Shown here one piece after another: positions 8,782-18,300 of a stretch of DNA of 64,000 nt (positions within the stretch are counted from its first letter, which is position 1; every line of letters begins with the position of its first letter). The translations under genes were made by a program, and so were the position numbers. The stretch is from contig CAKOQC010000002.1 in the NCBI GenBank assembly GCA_934101175.1, positions 220,424 to 284,423 on the forward strand. The letters run 5' to 3'. The DNA comes from an uncultured Bacilli bacterium (GTDB lineage Bacteria > Bacillota_I > Bacilli_A > RF39 > UBA660). Under the pieces are notes generated by a model. The model worked only from the letters and a program-made list of their open reading frames with translations. It did no database searches and was not told where the DNA came from.

Positions 8782-9865
8782 ATGGATAAACATGAACTTG
8801 AAACAAAATATAATGAATTATTAATAACTGTTAAAGATATATGGAGGTCTCTTTGACTTAGATAATAAAATTATTAGAAAGAAAGAGATAGATAAGATTA
8901 TTAATGAAGAGGGTTTTTGGAATAGAATAGATAAAGATGATATTCTTAAAGAGAATAGTTTTCTTAATACAATTATTGATATGGTTAATAAGATTATAAA
9001 GAAGATTAATGATAATATAGATATTCTTAAAGAAGAGGTGGATATTGAATTAATAGATATACTTATTACTGAATATAAAGAGTTAGAATCTGATGTAGAA
9101 AAACTTAGAATAGAGACTTATTTATCTCATGAATATGATAAGAATAATTGTATATTAGAAATTCATTCTGGAGCAGGTGGGACAGAATCTTGTGATTGGG
9201 TAGCAATGTTATATAGAATGTATACAAGATATTTAGTAAAAAATGGATATAGTTATCAAGAGATAGATAAACAAGAAGGTGAAGAAGTAGGACTTAAATC
9301 AGTGATGATATTGATTAAAGGAAGATGTGCTTATGGTTATTTAAAGGGAGAAACTGGTGTACATCGATTAGTTAGAATTAGTCCTTTTGATGCAAATAAG
9401 AGAAGACATACAACATTTGCTTCAGTATTAGTAACACCAGAATTTGATAATAATATTTCAGTAGATATTAATGATAATGATTTAAGAGTAGATATATATA
9501 GAAGTAGTGGACCAGGAGGTCAAGGAGTAAACACTACTGATTCAGCTGTTAGAATTACACATATACCAACAGGAATTGTTGTTACTTGTCAAAATGAGAG
9601 AAGTCAAATTAGAAATAAGCAGATAGCTATGGAAGTTCTTAAAAATAAATTATACGCATTAGAACTTGATAAGAAGAATAATGAACTTAATGGACTTAAG
9701 GGTGAACAGATGTCAATTGGGTTTGGTAGTGGTAAAAGAAGTTATGTAATGTGTCCATATACTTTAGTTAAAGATAATGAATCTGGATATGAAACAGCGA
9801 ATGTTTTGAAAATATTAGATGGGGAAATTGGAGAAATGTTAGAGTGGAATATTAGGAGGCAGTGA
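8782..9865 (+). CDS. prfB: Peptide chain release factor 2, expressed through a programmed +1 frameshift at 8851-8857
   Basis: The frame-0 ORF from ATG 8782 (24 sense codons) meets an in-frame TGA at 8854-8856. A +1 slip on CTT continues in the frame of track ORF 8981..9865. 'RISPFD' (SPF) and 'SGPGGQGVN' (GGQ) motifs are present. Confidence 0.95.
8843..8857 (+). other. RF2 autoregulatory +1 frameshift site (internal SD-like GGAGG, then CTT TGA C)
   Basis: Sequence is GGAGG TCT CTT TGA C. This is the canonical arrangement of an SD-like element 3 nt upstream of the slippery CTT, followed by a weak TGA-C stop. Confidence 0.9.
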
Positions 9866-10770
9866 TGATACTATTTAAAAGAATGAGAGAAAAAAGAATT
9901 AACAAAATAATAGAAAATGTTAATAAGAAAAATATTTTTAAAAGATATTTAATGTTATTGTCAGGATGTTTAATTGTAGCATTTGCTTTTAATTTATTCT
10001 TCTTACGATATGATATAGTATGTTTTGGAGTTAGTGGTATTTCAATAGTTTTAGCTAAATTTGGAGTAAACCCTTCAATGTTTATTATGGGTGCTAATAT
10101 ATTTTTATTAATTATTAGTTATTTCTTTTTAGGGGTAGAAGATGTAAAAAATCAATTAGTTGGAGCAATAATTTATCCAATATTTGTATCGCTTACAGCG
10201 AAGATAACTGATTTAATTGATTTTGGAAATATCGAATTTATAATTATTGCTGTTATGGGAGGGGTTATAGCAGGAATAGGATATGGACTTATCTATAAAA
10301 GTGGATTTTCTACAGGAGGAACAGACGTAATTGGAAATTTAATATGTAAATATTCAAAGATTTCAATGGGAAATGCAATGATGTTTGTCAATGTTTCAAT
10401 AATAGCTATAGGAAAAATAGTATTCCCTTGGAAGATTGTAATGTATGCAATTGTAGTAGCTTATTTAATATCAGTAGCTACTGATAGAATATTACTAGGA
10501 ATTTCTAATAGTAAAGCTTTTTATATAGTAGTAGATAAAGAAAAAGAAGAGTTTGTGAGAGAATTTTTAACGTCATTACCTGGAGTAGGAAGTACAGTAA
10601 TAGATGCTTCAGGAGGATATTCAAATGATAGACAAACATTAATATTAGCAGTGGTTCCTACTAAGATGTATTTTATTATTAAAGAAGGATTAAGTGAAAT
10701 AGATAAGAATATCTTCTATTTAGTATGTGATTCTTATGAAGTAAGTAATAGGGATGAAGTATATGAATAA
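9865..10770 (+). CDS. YitT-family membrane protein with C-terminal DUF2179 domain (copy 1)
   Basis: ATG 9865 overlaps the prfB stop (TGATG); AGGAGG lies 6 nt upstream. Several TM helices are followed by a soluble C-terminal domain ('GGYSNDRQTLILAVVPTKMYFIIKEGLSEIDKNIFYLVCD'). Confidence 0.75.
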   Translation: MILFKRMREKRINKIIENVNKKNIFKRYLMLLSGCLIVAFAFNLFFLRYDIVCFGVSGISIVLAKFGVNPSMFIMGANIFLLIISYFFLGVEDVKNQLVGAIIYPIFVSLTAKITDLIDFGNIEFIIIAVMGGVIAGIGYGLIYKSGFSTGGTDVIGNLICKYSKISMGNAMMFVNVSIIAIGKIVFPWKIVMYAIVVAYLISVATDRILLGISNSKAFYIVVDKEKEEFVREFLTSLPGVGSTVIDASGGYSNDRQTLILAVVPTKMYFIIKEGLSEIDKNIFYLVCDSYEVSNRDEVYE

Positions 10771-11656
10771 GATAGTAGATATTAATAAATTTATAGATGA
10801 TTTGCACAAGAGAAATTTTGGCAAAAGATTTTTTATGTTTGTCATGGGGATGCTTATATCAGCAGTAGCTTTTAATCTTTTTTATGATAAATATGAAGTT
10901 ATTCCTACTGGGAGTAGTGGATTAGCTTTATTAATAGGTCATTTTGTTAATATAGATAATTCAATAATTATATTTATAATAGCACTTTTATGTTTATTAT
11001 TAGGACTAATATTTTTTGGATATGAATATGCTGCTAAGATGCTTGCAGTTACATTTCTATATCCATTCTTTGTAGCATTTACAGCGAAGATAACAGGATA
11101 TATTGATTTAGAAGATACGTCGCTTTTCTTGATAATGGTTTTTGGCGGCGGAATGATGGGATTTAGTTCAGGACTTATTAGAAAAAGTAGATTTAATCCT
11201 GGAGGATTTAGTGTCTTATTTGATTTATTAGCAAAATATTTTCATATGAGTATAGGTATGTCTACAATTATAGTTAATGCTATCTTAATAGTAGCTAGTG
11301 CCTTTATATATGGAATTAATAGTGCTTTATATGCAGTAGTATCATTATTAGTAGCTTCTTATATAGTTGATAGAGTTATTATAGGAATATCTGATAATAA
11401 AGTGTTTTATATTATTACTAAAAAACCACTTGAAGTAAGAGATTATGTAATGGAGAAATTAAATTATTCAGTAACAGTAGTAAAAGCTAGAGGAGGATAC
11501 ACTAATAAAAGAGAAAAGATGCTTATGTGTGTAGTTCCTACAATAGAATATATTCAGTTAAAAAGAATAATTAAAGAAATAGATAAAGATGCTTTCTTCT
11601 TAATAGTAGATGTATATGATTCTAGTGTAAAGAAGAGAGTGTTAAGTAATTTGTAA
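10754..11656 (+). CDS. YitT-family membrane protein with C-terminal DUF2179 domain (copy 2)
   Basis: Collinear with copy 1 ('TGSSGLALLIGHF', 'RGGYTNKREKMLMCVVPTIEYIQLKRIIKEIDKDAFFLIVD'). The start (10754 or 10763) overlaps the end of copy 1. Confidence 0.75.
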   Translation: MKYMNKIVDINKFIDDLHKRNFGKRFFMFVMGMLISAVAFNLFYDKYEVIPTGSSGLALLIGHFVNIDNSIIIFIIALLCLLLGLIFFGYEYAAKMLAVTFLYPFFVAFTAKITGYIDLEDTSLFLIMVFGGGMMGFSSGLIRKSRFNPGGFSVLFDLLAKYFHMSIGMSTIIVNAILIVASAFIYGINSALYAVVSLLVASYIVDRVIIGISDNKVFYIITKKPLEVRDYVMEKLNYSVTVVKARGGYTNKREKMLMCVVPTIEYIQLKRIIKEIDKDAFFLIVDVYDSSVKKRVLSNL

Positions 11657-11736
11657 AAATATGGGAAATATAAAAAAAATATTTAATCTTATAATTATAT
11701 TTGATATAATAAATAAATGTGAGGTAGGTGTAGTTT

Positions 11737-12429
11737 ATGGATTTAATTAGAATTACTGATGTCCAAAAAACATATAAAACTGGTACAGTAGCCTTATATG
11801 ATGTTGATTTAACAATATCTAAAGGAGAATTTGTATTTATAATAGGAGCATCAGGATCTGGAAAATCTACATTAATAAAAATGCTTTATCGTGAAGAGAA
11901 ACCAGATAAGGGTTCAATCATGATAGGGGGAATAAATGTTGCAAAATTAAAAGATAGAAAAGTATATATACTTAGAAGAAAATTAGGAGTAGTATTTCAG
12001 GATTTTAAATTATTACCTAGACTTACAGTATATGAAAATGTAGCTTTTGCAATGGAAGTATTTGGATATGATAAAAAGAAGATACATCGTAGAGTTATGG
12101 AAGTTTTAGAATTAGTAGGACTTAAAGGAAAAGTTAGACAATATCCAGACCAGTTATCTGGAGGAGAACAACAAAGGGTAGTAATAGCTAGAGCAATAGT
12201 TAATAATCCTAAACTATTGATATGTGATGAACCTACGGGTAATTTGGATCCAGATACTAGTATGGGTATTATGAAAGTATTAGATGATATTAATAAAATG
12301 GGTACTACAATTGTAATGACAACACATAATAGAGATATAGTTAATACTATGAAAAAAAGAGTAGTAGTTTTAAATGAAGGTAAAATAGTTCAAGATTATG
12401 AAAGAGGTAAGTATTATGAAGTTCTTTAG
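11737..12429 (+). CDS. ftsE: Cell-division ABC ATPase FtsE
   Basis: Walker A 'GASGSGKST', signature 'LSGGEQQRV', Walker B 'LLICDEPTGNLD'. Followed by ftsX. Confidence 0.9.
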   Translation: MDLIRITDVQKTYKTGTVALYDVDLTISKGEFVFIIGASGSGKSTLIKMLYREEKPDKGSIMIGGINVAKLKDRKVYILRRKLGVVFQDFKLLPRLTVYENVAFAMEVFGYDKKKIHRRVMEVLELVGLKGKVRQYPDQLSGGEQQRVVIARAIVNNPKLLICDEPTGNLDPDTSMGIMKVLDDINKMGTTIVMTTHNRDIVNTMKKRVVVLNEGKIVQDYERGKYYEVL

Positions 12430-13318
12430 AAGTATTAAGAGATATTTTCGTGATGCTGGAAAGAGTGTTATTAGAAACTTTTCTTTATCATTAGCATCTA
12501 TATCTTGTATAACAATTACTTTAATAGTAGTAGCTTTCTCAATAGTACTTTCTTATAATGTAGAAGAAATGACAAAACATGTTAGTAGTAATATATCAAT
12601 AGTAGTATTTATAGATGGTGATGCTTCAAAAGAAGATTTAGAGAAAGTTAAAAATAATATTCAAAGACTTGATAATATAGATACAATAGATTTTAAATCT
12701 AAGCAAGATTATGCAAAAGAAATAGAAGAGATGGATGATAGATTTTCTCTTATAGTTAAAAGTTGGACAGATGATACAATACCACTTCTTGATAGCTATG
12801 AAGTAAAGGTTAAAGATATAGAGAAAATTAAAGATACAGCAGATAGAATTAAAAAAATAGAAAAAGTATCTTCAGTTAATTTTGGAGAAGAATATATAGA
12901 GTCAGTTATTACAATATTTGGAGTAATAGAAAAGATATGTATAGGGGGAGTAGTAGCTTTAGTATTAGTTACAGCTTTCTTGATTGCGAATACTATTAAG
13001 TTGGCAATATTCTCTAGAAAGACAGAAATAGAGATTATGCGTTTAGTAGGAGCTTCTAATATGTCTATTAAGATACCATTCTTAATTGAAGGATCTTTTA
13101 TAGGATTATTTGGAGCAATTATTCCAATAATAATAACAGCATATGGATATAATGCATTATATAATTATCTAGGAGGACAATTATTCTCTTCATCATTAGG
13201 AAAGTTAGTAGCACCATATCCATTTATTCTTTGGATATCTTTAATATTACTAGGAATAGGCTTAGTAGTAGGTATGTTTGGTAGTTCTAGAGCAGTAAGA
13301 AAATATTTAAAAATATAA
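12416..13318 (+). CDS. ftsX: Cell-division permease-like protein FtsX
   Basis: Start chosen at ATG 12416 (AGAGGT SD 8 nt upstream), overlapping the ftsE end. One TM helix, an extracellular domain, then three C-terminal TM helices; 'MRLVGASN' motif. Confidence 0.85.
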   Translation: MKFFRSIKRYFRDAGKSVIRNFSLSLASISCITITLIVVAFSIVLSYNVEEMTKHVSSNISIVVFIDGDASKEDLEKVKNNIQRLDNIDTIDFKSKQDYAKEIEEMDDRFSLIVKSWTDDTIPLLDSYEVKVKDIEKIKDTADRIKKIEKVSSVNFGEEYIESVITIFGVIEKICIGGVVALVLVTAFLIANTIKLAIFSRKTEIEIMRLVGASNMSIKIPFLIEGSFIGLFGAIIPIIITAYGYNALYNYLGGQLFSSSLGKLVAPYPFILWISLILLGIGLVVGMFGSSRAVRKYLKI

Positions 13319-13461
13319 ATATAAGAAATAGTGTCAAATAAATAGCAAATATTTATTAGATATACTATTTCTTTTTAAATGTATGATAAAATGATAATAG
13401 AAGGGTAATAATTTAGATATAAATATATATTTTTAAGAGAATATATGGTTAGGAGGATATA

Positions 13462-14154
13462 ATGAATAAGACAATATTAATTAAATTATCAGGAGAATCT
13501 TTATCTGGTAGTATAGGACATGGACTTGATTTTGAATATATTAAAAAGATATGTATGGAGATTAAGAAAGTACATGATATGGGAATACGTATTGGTATAG
13601 TGTGTGGTGGAGGTAATTTCTTAAGAGGAAGAGATGCTCATGAGATGGATAGGGAAACAGCTGATTATGTTGGTATGATGGCTACGATTATGAATAGTTT
13701 AGTTCTTAAGGATATGTTTAATCAAATAGGATGTGAAGTATATAATCAAAGTGGACTTTATGTTAGTATTATTGATAAGGTAGATAGTGTTAAAGCTAGA
13801 GAAGAACTTGATAATGGGAAGATAATAGTATTTGGAGGAGGAACTGGTAAACCATTCTTTTCTACAGATACGGGGGCTTCTTTAAGAGCAATTGATATTG
13901 GGGCTGATATGATTATTAAGCTTACTAATGTAGATGGAGTATATGATAAAGATCCTAATAAGTATGAAGATGCTAAGATGTATAACAAGATTAGTTATCA
14001 AGAAGTCTTGGATAAAAAACTTTCAGTTATGGATATGGAAGCAATAGAGATGTGTATGAAAAATAAAATAAAGATAGTAGTTATGAATATTAATACTAAA
14101 GATGGTATTAAGAGAGTACTACAAAATGAAGATATTGGAACAATAGTTAGTTAA
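13462..14154 (+). CDS. pyrH: UMP kinase
   Basis: AGGAGG SD. Collinear with PyrH: 'ILIKLSGESL', 'GIVCGGGNFLRG', 'GGGTGKPFFSTDTGASLRA', 'VDGVYDKDP'. Confidence 0.85.
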   Translation: MNKTILIKLSGESLSGSIGHGLDFEYIKKICMEIKKVHDMGIRIGIVCGGGNFLRGRDAHEMDRETADYVGMMATIMNSLVLKDMFNQIGCEVYNQSGLYVSIIDKVDSVKAREELDNGKIIVFGGGTGKPFFSTDTGASLRAIDIGADMIIKLTNVDGVYDKDPNKYEDAKMYNKISYQEVLDKKLSVMDMEAIEMCMKNKIKIVVMNINTKDGIKRVLQNEDIGTIVS

Positions 14155-14231
14155 TAATTAGAAAAATATTAAAATTATTTTGCTGATTGGGTATAAATTT
14201 ATAAAAAAATGAAAAAAATAAGAAAAAAGTA

Positions 14232-14260
14232 TTGATATATTCAAAAAAATATTATATAAT
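14232..14260 (+). promoter_or_regulatory. Consensus sigma-A promoter of tRNA-Asn
   Basis: TTGATA (14232-14237), a 17-nt spacer, then TATAAT (14255-14260), about 22 nt upstream of the tRNA 5' end. Confidence 0.7.
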
Positions 14261-14282
14261 GAATTAGCAATCAGCAAATAAT

Positions 14283-14358
14283 GCCTGATTAGCTCAGTCG
14301 GTAGAGCACTCGGCTGTTAACCGATAGGTCGTAGGTTCGAGTCCTACATCAGGCGCCA
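14283..14358 (+). tRNA. trnN: tRNA-Asn (anticodon GTT), CCA encoded
   Basis: 76-nt cloverleaf folded by hand. Acceptor stem GCCTGAT/ATCAGGC; D arm GCTC-AGTCGGTA-GAGC; anticodon loop CTGTTAA; T arm GTAGG-TTCGAGT-CCTAC; discriminator G followed by CCA. Confidence 0.95.
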
Positions 14359-14369
14359 TTAGTGATTGT

Positions 14370-14401
14370 AAGTTCTTACTTCGGTAGGGACTTTTCTTTT
14401 T
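14370..14401 (+). terminator. Terminator after tRNA-Asn
   Basis: Stem AAGTTCTTAC / GTAGGGACTT (with G-U pairs), TTCG tetraloop, then TTTCTTTTT. Confidence 0.75.
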
Positions 14402-14522
14402 GCTAAATTATCTAAAAAATTATTGTTGAATTTTATTAGAAAATAGATTTTAAATAATTTATATAAAAATAATTATAAGATATGAAAAAAGCATATAAGT
14501 AAATATACCTATATGCTAATTT

Positions 14523-14810
14523 TTATCTTTTTTTATTAATATTGGCACTGTCATTTGCTATTCCGTTGTAATAAGATTTTAGTCCTGTATACATTTCTCT
14601 AGCATATGTAATGGCTTCAGAAAGTGAATTCTTTTTTACGAACCATTCAAGGTTACCTCTTTCATCTGTTTCATAAACAAAATATGATTTTGAACTGTCT
14701 TTTGCACTGGCAATACCTACGGTATCAGGTTCGGCACAACATTCATAAACAGCATCTAAAATATTGTTATTAAATAACATTTCATTAATTAAAATATTGT
14801 CTTTTTCCAT
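14523..14810 (-). CDS. Hypothetical 95-aa protein
   Basis: ORF with an AAAGGAAA SD and its own downstream hairpin plus T-run (about 14487-14514). No recognisable motif. Confidence 0.5.
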   Translation of the reverse strand: MEKDNILINEMLFNNNILDAVYECCAEPDTVGIASAKDSSKSYFVYETDERGNLEWFVKKNSLSEAITYAREMYTGLKSYYNGIANDSANINKKR

Positions 14811-14996
14811 GATTATTTTCCTTTCTTTTATTGACTTAGTATTCTAGCATATATTTTAGATGATTGCAATAACTTTATAAAAATAATTTAATTATTTTAG
14901 TATAGAAATTTAATTAAATATCAGGATAGTAATTTATTCTTTTTCTTGTATAAAGATGATTATTGTGATAAAATATTATCATAGGAGAAAAAGAAT

Positions 14997-16745
14997 ATGA
15001 TAGGGAAAATAGTAAGTATAAAAGATGCCCATATATTTGTCAATTTGGCAGTCAATATATACAATATAGAGAATATAATTGGTAAGAATGTTGTATTTGA
15101 CAATAAGTATATTGGGGAAATTATAAATTTATCTAATTCAACAGCAGAAATTACTTTAATTGGAGAAATTAATAATGGTTATTTTATACCAGGTAATTTA
15201 AGTATGCCAGCTTTTAATAGTGTTTGTAGATTAGTTACAGATGAAGAAGTAAAAATAATATATGGTGTTGATAGTAGTAAAGGTTATATTAATCTAGGAC
15301 ATTCTTTTTCTTATAGAAATTTTCCAGTAGCAGTTAATGTTAATTCCTTTTTCGCTAATCACTTTGCTATTTTAGGTAATTCAGGATCAGGTAAAAGCTA
15401 CTTTGTAACAAGATTATTACAAGGAATATTTTATGATGCTAGGAAGTTACCATATAATGCAAATATATTCTTATTTGATGCTTATGGAGAGTATCAACAA
15501 GCATTTAATGCAATTGGTCAAGTAAATAGTAATTTAAATTATAGAGTAATAACTACTAATTTGAGAGATAATACTTATGAGAAATTATTTATTCCTTTTT
15601 GGTTTTTAGGAGTAGATGATATATGTTTATTACTAGATGTAGATGATACTAGACAAATACCAATAATAGAGAAAGCATTAAAATTAGTACTATACTTTTC
15701 TTTAGAAGATGCTTCAATTATAGAGAAGAAGAATGATATTATAGCTAGATGCTTATTAGATGTAATATTTTCTGGTAATAGTAGTAATGATATTAGAAAT
15801 AAACTTACTACCATTATGTCTAAATTTTATACAAAAGATATTAATTTAGAGATAAATCTTACTAAAGGAGGATGGACTAGAAGTATTAGACAATGCTTAT
15901 TTGTAGATAATACTGGAAAGTTTGCTGATATAGAAGTAGTAATTAATTATTTAGAACAGTTTTGTTTAAATAATTTTGAACTTACGATGCCAGATGGTAG
16001 TTATATGTATTCAATTAAAGAATATTATAATGCTTTGGAATTTGCCTTAATTAGTGAGGGAATATTTAGTAGTAATAAAGTATTTGATTATGCTAATATA
16101 CTTAAGATAAGACTTAATTCACTTATTAATAGTGATTATGTTAATTATTTTAATTGTGAAAGATATATGACAAAAGTAGATTATATTAAGTATATATTAT
16201 ATAAAGATAATAAGAAGTATCAGATTATTAACTTTAATGTTAATTCAATAGATGATAGATTTGCTAAAGTTATAGTTAAGATATATTCGAAGATGTTATT
16301 TGATTTTATAACTAGTAATCCTAATAGAGCATCGATGCCATTTCATATAGTATTAGAAGAAGCACATCGTTATATTCAAAATGATATAGATAGATTAATT
16401 CTTGGATATAATATATTTGAGCGTATTGCTAAAGAAGGAAGAAAGTATGGAATATTACTAGGAATTATTAGTCAGAGGCCTTCAGAGATTAGTGAAACAA
16501 TGATAAGTCAATGTTCTAACTTTGCAATATTTAAAATGTTTCATCAAGTAGATATGGGATTTGTTTCTAGTTTAGTGCCAGGAATAAGTGATAGTACAAT
16601 ACAGAAGATTAAAATGTTATCACCAGGAACTTGTATGCTATTTGGAAATGCATTTAAAATGCCAATATTGACAATTATAGATAAACCTAATCCAACACCA
16701 CATAGTGATAGTTGTAATATAGATAATACATGGTATGTTAGTTAA
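14997..16745 (+). CDS. HerA/FtsK-superfamily (DUF87-type) hexameric ATPase, solitary
   Basis: AGGAGA SD. N-terminal HAS-barrel-like 'IGKIVSIKDAHIFVNL'. Walker A 'GNSGSGKS', Walker B 'HIVLEEAHRY'. C-terminal 'GIISQRPSEISETMISQCSNFAIFKM', typical of HerA. Confidence 0.8.
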   Translation: MIGKIVSIKDAHIFVNLAVNIYNIENIIGKNVVFDNKYIGEIINLSNSTAEITLIGEINNGYFIPGNLSMPAFNSVCRLVTDEEVKIIYGVDSSKGYINLGHSFSYRNFPVAVNVNSFFANHFAILGNSGSGKSYFVTRLLQGIFYDARKLPYNANIFLFDAYGEYQQAFNAIGQVNSNLNYRVITTNLRDNTYEKLFIPFWFLGVDDICLLLDVDDTRQIPIIEKALKLVLYFSLEDASIIEKKNDIIARCLLDVIFSGNSSNDIRNKLTTIMSKFYTKDINLEINLTKGGWTRSIRQCLFVDNTGKFADIEVVINYLEQFCLNNFELTMPDGSYMYSIKEYYNALEFALISEGIFSSNKVFDYANILKIRLNSLINSDYVNYFNCERYMTKVDYIKYILYKDNKKYQIINFNVNSIDDRFAKVIVKIYSKMLFDFITSNPNRASMPFHIVLEEAHRYIQNDIDRLILGYNIFERIAKEGRKYGILLGIISQRPSEISETMISQCSNFAIFKMFHQVDMGFVSSLVPGISDSTIQKIKMLSPGTCMLFGNAFKMPILTIIDKPNPTPHSDSCNIDNTWYVS

Positions 16746-16835
16746 TAGAAGTAGACAATTATAAAAAAATTGTTCTACTTTTTCTTTTAATTAATAGTAT
16801 TATAGGGGATGATAAACTAATTATAGGGTTTTTAT

Positions 16836-16864
16836 TTGACAAATAAATGTTCTTGTGATAGAAT
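16836..16864 (+). promoter_or_regulatory. Sigma-A-type promoter for the 172-aa ORF
   Basis: TTGACA (16836-16841), a 17-nt spacer, an extended -10 TG at 16856-16857, and TAGAAT (16859-16864). Preceded by the hairpin after the HerA gene (about 16749-16788). Confidence 0.5.
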
Positions 16865-16923
16865 ACTACTCTGTCAATTTGAAAGACGAGAAATATAAAA
16901 GAAATGGAAAGGAATGTGATGTT

Positions 16924-17442
16924 ATGGAGAAGTATTATATTCTTAGTTTAAATAACAATGTATATTCAGAAGTAGAGAATGGTAAAAGAATTAATTCTAG
17001 TTTTGATATCTTTACAAAAGAAGATGAGAATAGCAGTATTAAGATGCCAGGAATGGGACAAGGAATTATACTTGGAGAAGAACGTGATGGAGTAATGTAT
17101 TCTTTGATGCCTGATGATGGAATAGTAATTAATTATGTTCCTCGTAATGAAGAGATGGTAGATGAAAATAATTATCAAGAAGTAGCTTATCCTGGACTTA
17201 GTTATTATGAAAAGAAATTTATACCAACATCATTAGCAGTATTAATTCTATCTAGATATACTAAGAAAAATTATCTTAAGTATGTTAATTGTATATTAGA
17301 TTTATATAATAGAAATGTTTTAAAATATGGAAATATTGTACCTGATGATGAGAAGATATGTGATATAGATAAATTTAAAGATTCTTGTGAATATATGAGT
17401 GAGTTTAAGAAAAGAACAAAAAATATAAGAATTAAGAAATAA
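16924..17442 (+). CDS. Hypothetical 172-aa protein
   Basis: Start moved from the track's GTG 16855 to ATG 16924, downstream of the predicted promoter and a GGAAAGGAA SD. No recognisable domain. Confidence 0.45.
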   Translation: MEKYYILSLNNNVYSEVENGKRINSSFDIFTKEDENSSIKMPGMGQGIILGEERDGVMYSLMPDDGIVINYVPRNEEMVDENNYQEVAYPGLSYYEKKFIPTSLAVLILSRYTKKNYLKYVNCILDLYNRNVLKYGNIVPDDEKICDIDKFKDSCEYMSEFKKRTKNIRIKK

Positions 17443-17519
17443 ATAAATAGATAAAGATAGTTCTGGATATGAAGAATTATCTTTATTTTTATGGTATTTT
17501 GAGATATAATAATGTCTAG

Positions 17520-18296
17520 GTGATGAAGATGTTAATAATTAAGAATTTAGCTGTTAAAGTAGAGAATAAAAAAGTACTTGAAGATTTTAATCTAGAAATA
17601 GATGATGGAAGTATTCATGTAATAATGGGTCCTAATGGAGTAGGAAAATCTACTTTATCTAGAGTTATTATGGGAGATAATAATTATAAAGTATTAAAGG
17701 GAAGTATTACTTTTAATGGAGAAGATATTACTAAACTTAGTGTTGATGTTAGAAGTAAACTTGGAATTTTCTTAGCAATGCAATATCCACTTGAGATAGA
17801 TGGAGTAAGTAATCAAGACTTTTTAAGAACAGCAATGTCTAGTAGAGAAGGAAAACAAGTAGGATTATATGATTTTATCTTACAATGCGAAAAAGCTAGT
17901 GATGAATTAAAGATGGATAAAAACTTAGTTCATAGATCACTTAATGTAGGGTTTTCTGGAGGAGAAAAAAAGAAGAACGAAGTATTACAAATAAAACTAT
18001 TAAAACCTAAATTTATTATATTAGATGAAATAGATTCAGGACTTGATGTAGATAGCTTAAAGATAGTTGCTAATAATATAGTAGATTATAAGAAAGAAAA
18101 TCCGGATACTTCTATTTTAATTATTACTCACTTGACTAAAATATTAAATTATATTAAACCCGATTATGTACATGTAGTTAAAAATGGAAAAATAATTCAA
18201 AGTGGAGATTATAGTCTAGCACAAGAAATAGAAGAAAAAGGATATACAGAATATAATAACGAAGAAACAAAGACAAATATTATATCTGGAGAATAA
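17520..18296 (+). CDS. sufC: Fe-S cluster assembly ATPase SufC
   Basis: Walker A 'GPNGVGKST', 'FSGGEKKKNE', 'ILDEIDSGLDVD'. First gene of the suf operon. Start may be 17520, 17523 or 17529. Confidence 0.9.
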   Translation: MMKMLIIKNLAVKVENKKVLEDFNLEIDDGSIHVIMGPNGVGKSTLSRVIMGDNNYKVLKGSITFNGEDITKLSVDVRSKLGIFLAMQYPLEIDGVSNQDFLRTAMSSREGKQVGLYDFILQCEKASDELKMDKNLVHRSLNVGFSGGEKKKNEVLQIKLLKPKFIILDEIDSGLDVDSLKIVANNIVDYKKENPDTSILIITHLTKILNYIKPDYVHVVKNGKIIQSGDYSLAQEIEEKGYTEYNNEETKTNIISGE

Positions 18297-18300
18297 AAGC

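Noticed and set aside
8981-9865. Track start (ATG 8981) for the release factor gene.
   Set aside because: It would delete RF2 domain 1. The upstream frame-0 ORF plus the canonical CTT-TGA-C frameshift site gives a full-length RF2.
14283-17500. Integrated mobile element at tRNA-Asn.
   Set aside because: There is no integrase, recombinase or transposase. I could find no direct repeat of the tRNA 3' end downstream (up to sufC). The region is treated only as a small accessory patch.
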